Source of the DNA: an uncultured Chloroflexia bacterium
GTDB taxonomy: Bacteria > Chloroflexota > UBA6077 > JACCZL01
Direction: 5' to 3'
Length of the DNA stretch: 64,000 nt
NCBI GenBank assembly: GCA_963765765.1
Contig: CAVXYC010000010.1
Span: 1 to 64,000 of the forward strand
The notes beneath the pieces are model-generated. The model searched no databases. It saw only the letters and a program-made list of their open reading frames with translations, and was not told where the DNA came from. Position numbers and translations under genes: made by a program. Of this stretch, positions 33,318-43,789 are shown piece after piece (the first letter of the stretch is position 1; each line of letters begins with the position of its first letter).

Positions 33318-34676
33318 ATGCTGAATCGATCAGACAATGAGCTGATGTGCCGCGTTGGGCCCAAGACACCGATGGGGAATGTGCTCAGGCAATATTGGCA
33401 CCCCATTCTTTTGCAGTCTGAGCTGGCCGAGAACGACGGTGCGCCTTTACGTGTGCGCCTGCTGGGTGAGGATCTCGTGGCGTTCCGGGACACCAACGGT
33501 GATGTTGGCCTAGTTGCCGAGAATTGCCCCCACCGTGGTGCATCGCTGTTTTTTGGGCGCAATGAGGAAGAGGGACTTCGGTGCGTGTACCATGGCTGGA
33601 AGTTCGAGACTTCTGGCGCGTGCGTGGACATGCCCAATGAGCCACCGGAGAGTAACTTCAAGCAGAAGGTAAAGGTCACTGCATACCGCACACGAGAGCG
33701 CGGCGGAGTGATCTGGGCTTATATGGGGACGCGCGAGACGCCTCCGGAGCTGCCGTCGCTGGAGTGGAACCTGGTTCCGGCCGAGCAGGTTTACGTCTCC
33801 AAGCGATACTCGGAATGCAATTGGGTTCAGGGCGTCGAGGGCGGCGTCGACTCCAGTCACTCCGGGTTTTTGCACAGTCCACTGAGCTCGCACCGAGTCA
33901 AGGAAGAGAGCGAGCACGAGAACAACGCGGAGCTACGGACCGACGGCGGATCGCGCGGCATGATCTACAAGGCCAAGGATAAGCATCCGCACTTCGAGGT
34001 CGTGGACACGGAGTACGGGGTCTTGGTTGGTGCTCGTCGCCGCGCCGAAGAAGACTCCTGGTATTGGCGGATCACGCAGTTTCTTATGCCCTACTTCTCA
34101 ATGATTCCTTCGTACGGTGAGAGTCCAAAGATTAGCGGCCACGCCTGGGTGCCGATCGACGACAACACCACGATGGCCTGGACGGCGACCTGGCATCCAA
34201 CGCGCCCCCTCACGGAAAAGGAAGTCGAGCGCATGCACTATGGATGGGGTCTCCATCTTGGTGTGGACACGCTCGACACTCCAATCCCCGGCAAGCCAGG
34301 AAGCGAGTGGCGGCCCAAAGCAAACGCTTCGAACGACTATCTCATCGATTGGGATGCACAGCGTACGAAGGTCTTCTCAGGTCTGCCCGGTACGGCCATG
34401 CAGGATCAAGCCCTTCAGGAGACGATGGGTGCGATTTACGAGCGCTGGCACGAGCATCTCGGGACCAGCGACACGGGGATCATCCAGATGCGTCGACGCT
34501 GGCTGGCGGCAGTTCGCGAGCTCGAGGCGAATGGGACCGTGCCGACCGGTGTAGACGCTCCCGAGTCGTACCTCGTTCGGTCCGCCGGCGTGGTGCTGCC
34601 ACGAAACGTTCAATGGGTGGAAGCATCCCGCGAGTTTGTTACTGCCACGCCGGGCGTGCATCACGCATCGGCCTAG
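33318..34676 (+). CDS. Rieske non-heme iron oxygenase alpha subunit 1 (phthalate 4,5-dioxygenase/LigXa-like)
   Basis: CPHRG...CVYHGW; EGGVDSSHSGFLH; QDQALQE; EHLGTSD. Confidence 0.95.
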   Translation: MLNRSDNELMCRVGPKTPMGNVLRQYWHPILLQSELAENDGAPLRVRLLGEDLVAFRDTNGDVGLVAENCPHRGASLFFGRNEEEGLRCVYHGWKFETSGACVDMPNEPPESNFKQKVKVTAYRTRERGGVIWAYMGTRETPPELPSLEWNLVPAEQVYVSKRYSECNWVQGVEGGVDSSHSGFLHSPLSSHRVKEESEHENNAELRTDGGSRGMIYKAKDKHPHFEVVDTEYGVLVGARRRAEEDSWYWRITQFLMPYFSMIPSYGESPKISGHAWVPIDDNTTMAWTATWHPTRPLTEKEVERMHYGWGLHLGVDTLDTPIPGKPGSEWRPKANASNDYLIDWDAQRTKVFSGLPGTAMQDQALQETMGAIYERWHEHLGTSDTGIIQMRRRWLAAVRELEANGTVPTGVDAPESYLVRSAGVVLPRNVQWVEASREFVTATPGVHHASA

Positions 34677-34800
34677 CAACAACGTCATGGTCCCATTTGT
34701 CCCATCCGTTCGATTTATCTTTGACGTAGAGGGACGGACGAGACAAATGGGACCCATAGAATTCCGCGTTAAGAGCGGGCATGGCGGAGATACATAGAAC

Positions 34801-35124
34801 ATGTTGACGTTGATGGTGAAGCTCTCAGTCAAGCCTGAGAAGGTGGATGAATTCCTGGCTGCGCTCGAGGTGAATGGCCGCTCGGCCGTTCGTGACGAGC
34901 CCGGTTGCTATCGTTTTGACGTGAGCCGCGGAATCGACAATCCGTCGATCATCTACCTCTACGAGGTCTATGCCGACGAGGGAGCCCTCGATGCCCATCG
35001 CGAGGCGCCGCATTTCATCAAGTGGCGCGATACCGTGAAGGACTGGTATTCGGCTGATGCCGAGCGGACGCTCGCGACCACGGTTGTACCGACCGACGCG
35101 GAGTGGAGATCGGGCAAGAGCTAG
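34801..35124 (+). CDS. ABM-family (putative quinol monooxygenase/LsrG-like) protein
   Basis: EPGCYRFDV, LYEVY, AHREAPHF. Confidence 0.9.
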   Translation: MLTLMVKLSVKPEKVDEFLAALEVNGRSAVRDEPGCYRFDVSRGIDNPSIIYLYEVYADEGALDAHREAPHFIKWRDTVKDWYSADAERTLATTVVPTDAEWRSGKS

Positions 35125-35204
35125 CAAGTCTGGGACTGCGGGCAGGACGATCGCGGTCCCAGCACTTATCATCCTTTTAGGATCCCGCGACAGGTGATGC
35201 AGAC

Positions 35205-35753
35205 ATGACCGTGCCCCCAACTGGAGAGATCGCAACCTTAGCTGGTGGTTGCTTCTGGTGCCTCGAAGCCGTCTATGACGAGCTCAAGGGCGTCGTCGAC
35301 GTCACTTCTGGATACGCCGGCGGGCAGGTTGTGAATCCTACGTACCAGCAGGTCTGTGGTGGTGACACAGGGCATGCCGAAGTCGTCCGCATCGCGTTCG
35401 ATCCAGCCAAGATCTCGTTCCGCGAAATCCTGGAGGTCTTTTTCACAATCCACGACCCCACGACGCTGAATCGTCAGGGCGCGGATGTGGGTACGCAGTA
35501 TCGATCAGCGATCTTCTATCACTCCGATGAACAAAAGCGCGTGGCGGAAGAAGTCATCGCGGAGATCGCATCGTCAGGTATCTGGAAAAACCCCATCGTC
35601 ACCGAGGTCACCCCAGTGCCTGAGTTCTATTCCGCGGAGGACTATCACCAGGAGTACTTCGCCCGGAATCCGAACCAGGGATACTGCCAGGTTGTAGTAG
35701 CGCCGAAGGTCGCCAAGTTTCGATCGAAGTTCCTCGCGAAGCTTCGCGGGTAA
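35205..35753 (+). CDS. msrA: Peptide-methionine (S)-S-oxide reductase
   Basis: GGCFWC, TGHAE, HDPTTLNRQG, QYRS, AEDYHQEY. Confidence 0.97.
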   Translation: MTVPPTGEIATLAGGCFWCLEAVYDELKGVVDVTSGYAGGQVVNPTYQQVCGGDTGHAEVVRIAFDPAKISFREILEVFFTIHDPTTLNRQGADVGTQYRSAIFYHSDEQKRVAEEVIAEIASSGIWKNPIVTEVTPVPEFYSAEDYHQEYFARNPNQGYCQVVVAPKVAKFRSKFLAKLRG

Positions 35754-35894
35754 CATCGCCCGAGCGCGCCCTTCGTTCCAGAAAATCCTACCCTCGAGAT
35801 CATGGATCGAGTACACCGGTAGAGCCTGAGCGGTAATTGGTCGATTCAGGCGAGAGTCTGTCGGTACACTCTCGCCAGCTTACGGAGGGTGCGC

Positions 35895-37637
35895 ATGGCT
35901 TCGGCTGCTCCAACTGTCGCCAATCGCGGTTTACTCGAGCGCGGACGAGGGATCTCGATCAGCGGATTGGGACTTGTGTTCGCGCTGCTGCTCGCTCTGG
36001 TGGCGTTTGTGGTCCTCTACCCGATTTTGCTGCTCGTCGTGAATAGCTTCCAGGTCGGTGTCTTCGGTCGAGAGACGACCTGGGGTCTGGACAACTGGCG
36101 CACCGCGCTGAGCGAACCCAAGTTTCGCGAGGCCATTTTTAACACGCTTGGCCTGACCGCCATCCGCCAGTTCCTTGCGTTCGGTTTCGGCGTCTGCCTG
36201 GCCTGGCTCTTTGCTCGGACGAACCTCCCTGGCAAGAGCATCCTCGAGTTTGGATTCTGGGTGGCGTTCTTTTTGCCGACCCTCACGGTCACGCTAGGCT
36301 GGATCCTGGTATTCGATGGCGAGCGTGGATTGGCCAACAGAGCGCTCATGAACTTGCCCTTCGTTCAAGGCCCCGTGTTCGACATCTACTCGTGGTGGGG
36401 AATCATCTTTGTTCACCTCGTCACGGGTACTCTGGCATCAAAAGTCATTCTGCTTACCCCGGCGTTCCGAAATCTCGACTCATCGCTGGAGGAGGCGTCG
36501 ATTGCGTCCGGCGCCAGCACGTTGAGCACACTCTTCCGCATCGTCGTCCCGGTCATGGCTCCTGCGCTGATGATCGTGATGCTGCTCGGAACGATACGAT
36601 CGCTCGAGTCGTTCGAAGTAGAGTTGATTCTTGGAGCTCCGCAGCACATCGACGTCTACAGCACCCTCATCTACCGTCAGGTTCAACAGCAGCCGCCGCT
36701 TTATGGAAACGCCACCGTCCTGAGTCTGGTGGTACTAGCTCTCATTCTGCCCTTCGTGCTTGCTCAGCAATGGATGACCAACAAGCGCAGTCACGCGACG
36801 GTGTCGGGGAAGTACGCGGCACGATTGCAGAACCTTGGCAAATGGCGATGGCCGCTCTTCTATATGGTCCTGACTGTGGTGATCATTGTGGACGTGGTAC
36901 CCATAGTCTTCATCATCATGAGCACATTCATGAAGCTCTTCGGCTTCTTTACGGTGTCAGACCCATGGACGCTGAGACACTGGCAAGAAGCGCTACGCGA
37001 TCCCAATCTACTCTCCGCCTTTAGGAACACCCTGATCCTCGGAATAGGCGCGGCGGCGCTAGCCATGTTCCTTTATATGCTTATTGCCTACATGTCAGTC
37101 CGGACTCGCTTTCGCGGGCGTGGCGCACTCGACTTCCTCACCTGGCTCCCTACAACACTCCCCGGTATCGTGATCAGCCTGGGCTTTCTCTGGCTGTTCC
37201 TCGGAACCCCGGTGTTTCGACCGATGTATGGGACGTTGTGGATCCTTATCATTGCGGTGACGCTGAGCAGCATGACAGTGGGTGTTCAGATCATCAAGTC
37301 TAATATGGTGCAGCTTGGCGCGGAGCTTGAAGAGGCCTCCTGGGCGAGTGGTGGATCGTGGTGGTATACGCTCCGCCGCGTTGTCATTCCACTGGTGGCT
37401 CCCGTGGTGGCGGTTGTAGGCGTACTTACATTTGCAACGGCCGCGCGGGCGACGAGTGTCGTCGCGTTGCTATCGAGTCGCAATATCCAGCCGCTGTCTA
37501 TGTTGCAGCTCGATCACATGTCGGATGGCGCGTTCGAGCGTGCGTCGGTGATCGGCGTGCTGATCCTTTTCCTCACCACTGGCGTAGCGCTGATTGGTCG
37601 ATACATTGGATCGAAGTCAGGGATCACCGCACGCTAA
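35895..37637 (+). CDS. ABC transporter permease, FbpB-type (duplicated domain)
   Basis: Two EAA loops (LEEASIASGA, LEEASWASGG); about 12 hydrophobic segments. Confidence 0.93.
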   Translation: MASAAPTVANRGLLERGRGISISGLGLVFALLLALVAFVVLYPILLLVVNSFQVGVFGRETTWGLDNWRTALSEPKFREAIFNTLGLTAIRQFLAFGFGVCLAWLFARTNLPGKSILEFGFWVAFFLPTLTVTLGWILVFDGERGLANRALMNLPFVQGPVFDIYSWWGIIFVHLVTGTLASKVILLTPAFRNLDSSLEEASIASGASTLSTLFRIVVPVMAPALMIVMLLGTIRSLESFEVELILGAPQHIDVYSTLIYRQVQQQPPLYGNATVLSLVVLALILPFVLAQQWMTNKRSHATVSGKYAARLQNLGKWRWPLFYMVLTVVIIVDVVPIVFIIMSTFMKLFGFFTVSDPWTLRHWQEALRDPNLLSAFRNTLILGIGAAALAMFLYMLIAYMSVRTRFRGRGALDFLTWLPTTLPGIVISLGFLWLFLGTPVFRPMYGTLWILIIAVTLSSMTVGVQIIKSNMVQLGAELEEASWASGGSWWYTLRRVVIPLVAPVVAVVGVLTFATAARATSVVALLSSRNIQPLSMLQLDHMSDGAFERASVIGVLILFLTTGVALIGRYIGSKSGITAR

Positions 37638-37673
37638 GAGCGCACCAATTTTCAAAAGCCAGGAGCACTTGAA

Positions 37674-38465
37674 ATGAGCTCAGGAGTGGACTTCCGGTTA
37701 GATGGCAGAGTTGCCATCATCACGGGCGGTAGCACGGGGATTGGCCTCGGGATTGCTGAAGCGATGGCGCAGGCCGGTGCGAGCGTTGTCATCGCCGCTC
37801 GACGGCCGGAGGTGGTTGACGAGGCTTGTCAAGCGATTGCATCGCAGGGTGGAACTGCCGTTGGTATCCCAACCGATGTCTCGGACTCCGAGCAAGTGCA
37901 CCGTCTCGTCGCGAATACTCGTGAGAAGCTCGGTCGCATCGATATCCTTGTGAACAATGCTGGCGGTACGTTTGGGCCAACGTTCAAGCGGGGCCCGCTG
38001 CTAGAGATGGAAGATGCCGATTTCGAAGAGTGTTGGGCTGTGAACGTCAAGAGCGCGTTTATGTGCTCCAAAGCCGCCGTTCCGCACATGATGGAAGGCG
38101 GTAACGGTTCGATCATCAACATCTCGTCTGTCAGCGGTCGAGAGAATACCGCGCCGATGGTGGGTTTTTCAGCGTATGGGTCGGCCAAATCGGCGCTGAT
38201 CGGCCTGACGCGCGGGATGTCTGTGGAGTGGGCGCCAGCAATTCGAGCGAACGTGATCGCGGCAGGCATGATAGACACGCCGCGAGTGACGGCAAGTCGG
38301 GCCGGCGATGACATGAGCGCGTGGTTGCAGACTATCGCCATGGGTCGGGCCGGACTGCCAGTTGATGTTGCTGGGGCGGCCGTGTTCCTGGCTTCGGATG
38401 CCGCGAGCTGGATGACCGGATCATGTATCGATATTCACGGTGGATTGAAAAGGTCGGTGAGCTAG
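37674..38465 (+). CDS. SDR family oxidoreductase
   Basis: TGGSTGIG, NNAG, YGSAK. Confidence 0.95.
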   Translation: MSSGVDFRLDGRVAIITGGSTGIGLGIAEAMAQAGASVVIAARRPEVVDEACQAIASQGGTAVGIPTDVSDSEQVHRLVANTREKLGRIDILVNNAGGTFGPTFKRGPLLEMEDADFEECWAVNVKSAFMCSKAAVPHMMEGGNGSIINISSVSGRENTAPMVGFSAYGSAKSALIGLTRGMSVEWAPAIRANVIAAGMIDTPRVTASRAGDDMSAWLQTIAMGRAGLPVDVAGAAVFLASDAASWMTGSCIDIHGGLKRSVS

Positions 38466-38529
38466 AGTCAGCAGCTCGGCTCGCCAATGTGCCGATGACT
38501 GAGAAAGCGTAGGGAAAGGAGCATTGAGC

Positions 38530-39752
38530 ATGAATCGACGTGGATTGAATGCAGTGTTCGCATCAATGGCCGCAAGCCTGATGGTGGCCGCGTGCGGCCC
38601 CGCGGCGACGCCAGCGTCTTCGCCGGCAAAATCGGAAGCCGCCAAGACTGAAGCCCCGGCAGCGAAGGCCGAGGCTCCTGCCGCCAAAACAGAGGCCGGC
38701 AAGCCCGCTGCTCAGGCACCGGCGTCAAGTGCAGACTGGCAGACCGAATGGCAGAACGTTGTAGAAGCTGCCAAAAAAGAAAAGCTGGTCATCGTCTCCC
38801 ATCCGGGCAGCGACTACCAGGCGCTCATGGAGAGCTTCAAGAAGGACTTTCCGGGTATCGAAGTCGAGCACTCCGGGCAGCGGCCGAGCGACATTTCGCC
38901 CAAGATCATCACCGAGCAGCAGAACGGCGTGTTTAACTGGGACGTCATGGCAGCGACAACGAGCAACATGAACAACGTGCTGCTGCCGGCAAACGCGTTT
39001 CAGGACATCGAGCCGTTTTTTGTACGCCGTGATGTGATGGACGACAACGTTTGGGGCGGCGGCAAATTCGAGATGTACACCTCGAATGATCAGAAGTCGA
39101 TTCTGGTCCACAACGCTTGGCTAGCAAGCCGCGTCTACGTCAACCGCGAGAAGGTGGGCGCGGACAAGCTCAATTCCATTGATGATCTACTCAAGCCGGA
39201 GTTTCAGGGACAGATTGTGGTGGACGATTGCACCGTTCCGCGCATGGTATGGGCGCCCTGGTGGGCATCTGGCAAACGAAGGGCGAGGATTTCGTACGCA
39301 CGTTACTCTCGCAGCAAAAGCCCGTGTTCCAGGATACCGTCCGTATCACGACGGAGTGGGTCGCGACCTCGCGCTATCCTATCGGCATCGGCGTTGATTC
39401 GCCGGAGCTTCGAAAGCTCCAGTCCAATGGCATAGGTACGCAGGTCGAGGTGCTGAACTTCCAGGGCGGGAACATCTCTACCCAGGGTGCCGCGGTGTTC
39501 AAGAACGCACCTCACCCGAATGCGGCCAAAGTCTTTCTGAACTGGCTGTGGTCCAAAGAAGGACAGACGGCCTTCGTTGACGCCTTCAAAGCCAGTGAGT
39601 CACCCAATAGTCGCCGGCTGGACGTGCCGGTCGTTGCCCCGGACGTCGTTCCAGATTACAAGAACTTCGGCCAGTACGTCTCGTGGTCCATGGACAATGG
39701 TCGACCAATCGTCGACCAGGTCTCCAAGCTTTGCAAGGAGATGCGTGGCTAA
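38530..39752 (+). CDS. ABC substrate-binding lipoprotein (AfuA/FbpA-like fold); frameshift near 39240
   Basis: VAAC lipobox, AK(T/A)EA linker repeats, W..VVEAAKKE, APHPNAAKVFLNWLWSKEGQ. Confidence 0.9.
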
Positions 39753-39783
39753 TGCTCAGGGGTTCTGTGTTGAGGATGATCCT

Positions 39784-41076
39784 ATGTTGACGCGCGCCGA
39801 CAACGAGCTTCTGACTCAGACACACGCGGAAGCTCCGATGGGTGCATTCCTGCGGCGGTACTGGATTCCGGCACTTCTTCCCGAAGAGCTGCCGGAGCCG
39901 GATTGCCCGCCGGTGCGCCTGAAGCTTCTCGGAGAAAACCTCGTTGCGTTTAGAGATACCGCTGGGCGCATAGGCGTCGTCGGCGAGAACTGTCCTCACC
40001 GCGGTGCTTCCATGTTCTTCGGTCGCAACGAAGAGTCGGGCCTCCGCTGCGTCTATCACGGCTGGAAGTTCGATGCCACTGGCACCTGCGTCGATATGCC
40101 CAATGAGCCTCCCGAAAGCAATTTTAAGCACAAGGTGCGCATTACTGCGTATCCCGCGCAGGAGCTTGGCGGCGTGATCTGGATTTACATGGGGCCGCCA
40201 GAACTGCAGCCCGATGTTCCAGCCCTGGAATGGGCTCTGGTTCCAGAATCACATCGATACCACACGAAGCGTATACAGGCGTGCAATTGGGCTCAGGCGC
40301 AGGAGGGTGGAATAGACTCGAGTCATATTTCCTTCCTGCATCGCGATCAGGGGCCTGGTACGGCCAATCTCACACGCCGTCAGGTAGGTGGTACGGCACT
40401 CTCGCTGCGAGATTCAGCTCCACACTTCGAGATCGTCGGCGCACCGTACGGACTGCTGATTGGCGCTCGCCGGAACGCCGATGAGGACCATTACTACTGG
40501 CGTATTACCCAATGGATAGCGCCGTGGTACACGATGATCCCACCCTTTGGAGACAATCCCATTGGTGGGCACGCGTGGGTGCCGATTGACGACGAAACGT
40601 GCCTCACCTGGAGCTTCCAGTGGCATCCGGCGCGTCCGCTGAGCGAGGAAGAATTGAAACCTATGCGGGCGGGGTTGGGCATCCACATGGAGCTGATACC
40701 GGGAACATATGACCCGGTTCGCAATAGGGCGAATGACTACTTGATCGATCGCGATGCACAGAAGAGCGGTGCGTCATTCACTGGGATCCGAGGCATTTCC
40801 GCGCAGGACAACGCTATGCAGGAAAGCATGGGCAAAGTGTTCGACCGCACAAAGGAGCATCTGGGATCATCCGACACCGCGATCATCCAGGTACGGCGGT
40901 TTTTGATCAGCAATGCTCGGAAGGTGAGTGAAGGAGGAGCCCCGCCCGGTCTCAGTGCCGATCAGCAAAGAGTACGATCGGTATCGATAGTTATCCCGAA
41001 GTCAGTAACGGCCTGGCCGGAGGCGGCCAAGGACGCGCTGGTCGCTAGCCCCGATAATTTCTTCGTATCAGCCTAA
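39784..41076 (+). CDS. Rieske oxygenase alpha subunit 2
   Basis: CPHRG...CVYHGW; EGGIDSSHISFLH; QDNAMQE. Confidence 0.95.
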   Translation: MLTRADNELLTQTHAEAPMGAFLRRYWIPALLPEELPEPDCPPVRLKLLGENLVAFRDTAGRIGVVGENCPHRGASMFFGRNEESGLRCVYHGWKFDATGTCVDMPNEPPESNFKHKVRITAYPAQELGGVIWIYMGPPELQPDVPALEWALVPESHRYHTKRIQACNWAQAQEGGIDSSHISFLHRDQGPGTANLTRRQVGGTALSLRDSAPHFEIVGAPYGLLIGARRNADEDHYYWRITQWIAPWYTMIPPFGDNPIGGHAWVPIDDETCLTWSFQWHPARPLSEEELKPMRAGLGIHMELIPGTYDPVRNRANDYLIDRDAQKSGASFTGIRGISAQDNAMQESMGKVFDRTKEHLGSSDTAIIQVRRFLISNARKVSEGGAPPGLSADQQRVRSVSIVIPKSVTAWPEAAKDALVASPDNFFVSA

Positions 41077-41168
41077 TGCGTTACGCTGGACGGGGCAGAA
41101 TTCCCATGGGGTTCGGTCCCGGCGGTATTTCCCGATTTACATGCTGAACTGTCAAAGGAGATAGCTCC

Positions 41169-42314
41169 ATGGCGATTTCGAGCCCCGCCGCATCAGCGGC
41201 GAGCACTGCGCAGAGATCGAGTGACGTGGTCCTCGAGCTTGATACGGTCACCAAGTTTTACGGGACCGTGAAGGCTGTTGATGCTATTAGCATCAACGTC
41301 AACAAGGGCGAAGTGCTTACGCTGCTCGGACCATCGGGCTGCGGAAAAACGACGACGCTCCGAATGGTGATTGGCCTGGAGCGTGTCTCCGGCGGAGAGA
41401 TCCGTTACCGCGATCGCGTCATGGATTCCGGGAATGGTCGATCATATGTGCCCACCCACAAGCGCAACATGGGCATGGTGTTTCAGAGTTACGCCATTTG
41501 GCCACACATGACGGTGTTCGAGAATGTAGCCTATCCCCTTCGGGTACGCCGCACGCCGAACAACGTGGTGTCTGAAAAGGTCGAGCGGGCGCTGGATCAG
41601 GTCGGTCTCGGAGGCCTAGGCGGCCGCGGTGCCACCCAGCTCTCCGGTGGTCAGCAGCAGCGCGTCGCGCTTGCCCGAAGCCTTGTCTTCGAGCCGGAGC
41701 TACTCCTACTCGATGAGCCGTTCAGCAATCTGGACGCCAAGCTACGCGAGCAGATGCGCGGCGAGCTCAAGATCCTCCAGCGACGCCTGGGCATCACGGT
41801 CCTCTTCGTCACTCACGATCAGATTGAGGCGCTGAGTCTTTCCGACCGGATCGCGGTGATGAACCTGGGCAACATTGAACAGCTCGGTCGACCCCTGGAG
41901 CTCTACAACGCGCCCAAAAGCGCCATGGTTCGAGACTTTCTCGGAAGAACGCTCATACTCGATGGTGAGGTGGCGGAGCGTCGCGGAGAGACCGTGGTGG
42001 TGAGACTGAACCAGGGCGGCGTGATCGAATCGAACAATGCGTCTGAGGATCTGGGTGTCGGTACTCCATGTCAGGTGGCTGTGCGCCCGGAGAAGGTCGC
42101 CGTTCGGCCTGACCTGGCCGCTGGCGGCACGAATCGAATCAAAGGCATCCTGGAGGCCCTGCTCTTCATTGGCGATCGTTACGAGGCACGCGTGAGCATG
42201 GGTGGCAGCAACGAAGATGTCACTGTGTACATGGAAGCCGGAGCCAACTGGCAGGAAGGCCAGGAGGTGAGCCTGGAGTTCCCGGCAAACGAGCTCCGTG
42301 TCTGGCCGGTCTAG
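41169..42314 (+). CDS. ABC transporter ATP-binding protein (FbpC/PotA-like, TOBE domain)
   Basis: GPSGCGKT, FQSYA, LSGGQQQR, LLLDEP, VTHD. Confidence 0.96.
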   Translation: MAISSPAASAASTAQRSSDVVLELDTVTKFYGTVKAVDAISINVNKGEVLTLLGPSGCGKTTTLRMVIGLERVSGGEIRYRDRVMDSGNGRSYVPTHKRNMGMVFQSYAIWPHMTVFENVAYPLRVRRTPNNVVSEKVERALDQVGLGGLGGRGATQLSGGQQQRVALARSLVFEPELLLLDEPFSNLDAKLREQMRGELKILQRRLGITVLFVTHDQIEALSLSDRIAVMNLGNIEQLGRPLELYNAPKSAMVRDFLGRTLILDGEVAERRGETVVVRLNQGGVIESNNASEDLGVGTPCQVAVRPEKVAVRPDLAAGGTNRIKGILEALLFIGDRYEARVSMGGSNEDVTVYMEAGANWQEGQEVSLEFPANELRVWPV

Positions 42315-42403
42315 AGACCAGTTGCCCGGATTCCGGCCCTGACCTAAACTACATTTATGCGGGCCCAGAGCCCGCCCTCACCGTTGAATTGGAGGCGGCG
42401 AAC

Positions 42404-42724
42404 ATGAGCATGAGCCCCGAAGAGTACCTGGCGATTCCCTACGTGCTCGTCATGGAGTCCGTCGAGAAAGACGATGGCGACTGGATTCGCCGCGCAGAGT
42501 ATCCGGAGCTTCCGGGCTGCGTCGCGGAGGCGTTCTCGCCGCTGGATGCCATTGACCAGCTGGAGGAGAAGCGGGTGCGCTTCATCATGGAGCGGTTGGA
42601 ACGCGGCGAGCCGATTCCCGTACCGCGCGCACCTCTACGGGCAGGCGTAGAAGGCCCAGATCCCGACAAGCTCGGATTCGCCAAGTGGCTCGTGGATCAA
42701 GACCGCATCTCGGATAAACGCTAA
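42404..42724 (+). CDS. HicB-like fold protein, orphan
   Basis: EYLAIPY...AEYPELPGCVA...A...L...LERGEPIPVP; GGAGG RBS. Confidence 0.8.
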   Translation: MSMSPEEYLAIPYVLVMESVEKDDGDWIRRAEYPELPGCVAEAFSPLDAIDQLEEKRVRFIMERLERGEPIPVPRAPLRAGVEGPDPDKLGFAKWLVDQDRISDKR

Positions 42725-42748
42725 CAGGTGACATCCCGCGCTAGCGTG

Positions 42749-42785
42749 AGCGGACCGTTCTCTCGAGGGAACGGTCCGCTTTTCC
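42749..42785 (+). terminator. Intrinsic terminator-like hairpin
   Basis: AGCGGACCGTTCTCTCGAGGGAACGGTCCGCT followed by TTT. Confidence 0.7.
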
Positions 42786-42810
42786 ATTTGTTGAAAGTGA
42801 GAAATTTGCC

Positions 42811-43623
42811 GTGACGATTGACATGTCAAATATCAGTGAGAAATGGGTGGAGCTCAGCCACGGAAAGACCCGCTATCTGGAGTCGGGCTCGGGCGAGCCA
42901 ACCATCTTTCTGCACGGTGTTGGCTACGTCCAGGCCGCGCACACCTGGCGACCCAATCTTGGTCCCATCGGGCAGAAGACAAGAGCAATCGCCGTTGATT
43001 GCCTTGGGTGGGGGCTCGGCGATCGCCTCGATATGGAGTACTCGTTCGCCTACATCGTGGATTTCGTACGCGAGTTTCAAGATGCACTGGGCATCGAGCG
43101 CTCGAACATCGTGGGCCACTCAATGGGTGGCTGGTTAGCTTCGCTGTTTGCATATGAGAGTCCGAACCGAGTCAACAAGCTGGTGCTGGTTGGAAGTGGG
43201 GGGACACGGACCCGGACGATTCCGTCCATGACCGAGTTTCAACCGCCATCCGAGGAGCAGGTGAGGGATAGCCTCAAGAACCAATTCCATCTCTCCAATG
43301 AATGGGTCGATGCACTCCTTCCCGAGTGCTGGGCCGTGACGGACGTACCGAATGCGCTGGATGTCTACCGAAAGATCCTGAAGCACATGAACAATCAGGC
43401 GACACGCGATAAGTATGGGACCGTTCGGCGACTACCGAAAGTGACGGCGCCCACGCTGGTTGTCTGGGGCGCCAATGACGAGGTCAATGCGCTCGAGATG
43501 GGTCAGCTCACGGCCGAGCTCGTTCCGAATTCGAAGCTGGTTGTCTTGGAGAATACCGGGCACTTTGCGCCAACGCAGCGTATCGACGAGTTCAACAGCG
43601 CGGTACTAAACTTTTTGTCATAA
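42811..43623 (+). CDS. Alpha/beta hydrolase (resembles meta-cleavage-product hydrolases)
   Basis: FLHG, GHSMGG, WGAND, TGHF. Confidence 0.92.
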   Translation: MTIDMSNISEKWVELSHGKTRYLESGSGEPTIFLHGVGYVQAAHTWRPNLGPIGQKTRAIAVDCLGWGLGDRLDMEYSFAYIVDFVREFQDALGIERSNIVGHSMGGWLASLFAYESPNRVNKLVLVGSGGTRTRTIPSMTEFQPPSEEQVRDSLKNQFHLSNEWVDALLPECWAVTDVPNALDVYRKILKHMNNQATRDKYGTVRRLPKVTAPTLVVWGANDEVNALEMGQLTAELVPNSKLVVLENTGHFAPTQRIDEFNSAVLNFLS

Positions 43624-43659
43624 CTTTGCGAGGCTAGGGAAAGAATGGACGGCGCCCGC

Positions 43660-43753
43660 GGTTTGTAGTGCGGAATTTATTCCGCCGTGCACACTTGAAC
43701 GCACCGAGCAGATATCGCAAGAGGACGGCGGAATAAATTCCGCACTGTAAACC
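43660..43753. repeat. GTAG-type REP doublet
   Basis: GTAGTGCGGAATTTATTCCGCCGT ... ACGGCGGAATAAATTCCGCACT. Confidence 0.8.
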
Positions 43754-43789
43754 GGTGGCCATGCTTCCGTCAGCATAAGAGGAGCAACC

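Noticed and set aside
42314-42811. Complete HicAB toxin-antitoxin locus
   Set aside because: There is no room or ORF for hicA on either side
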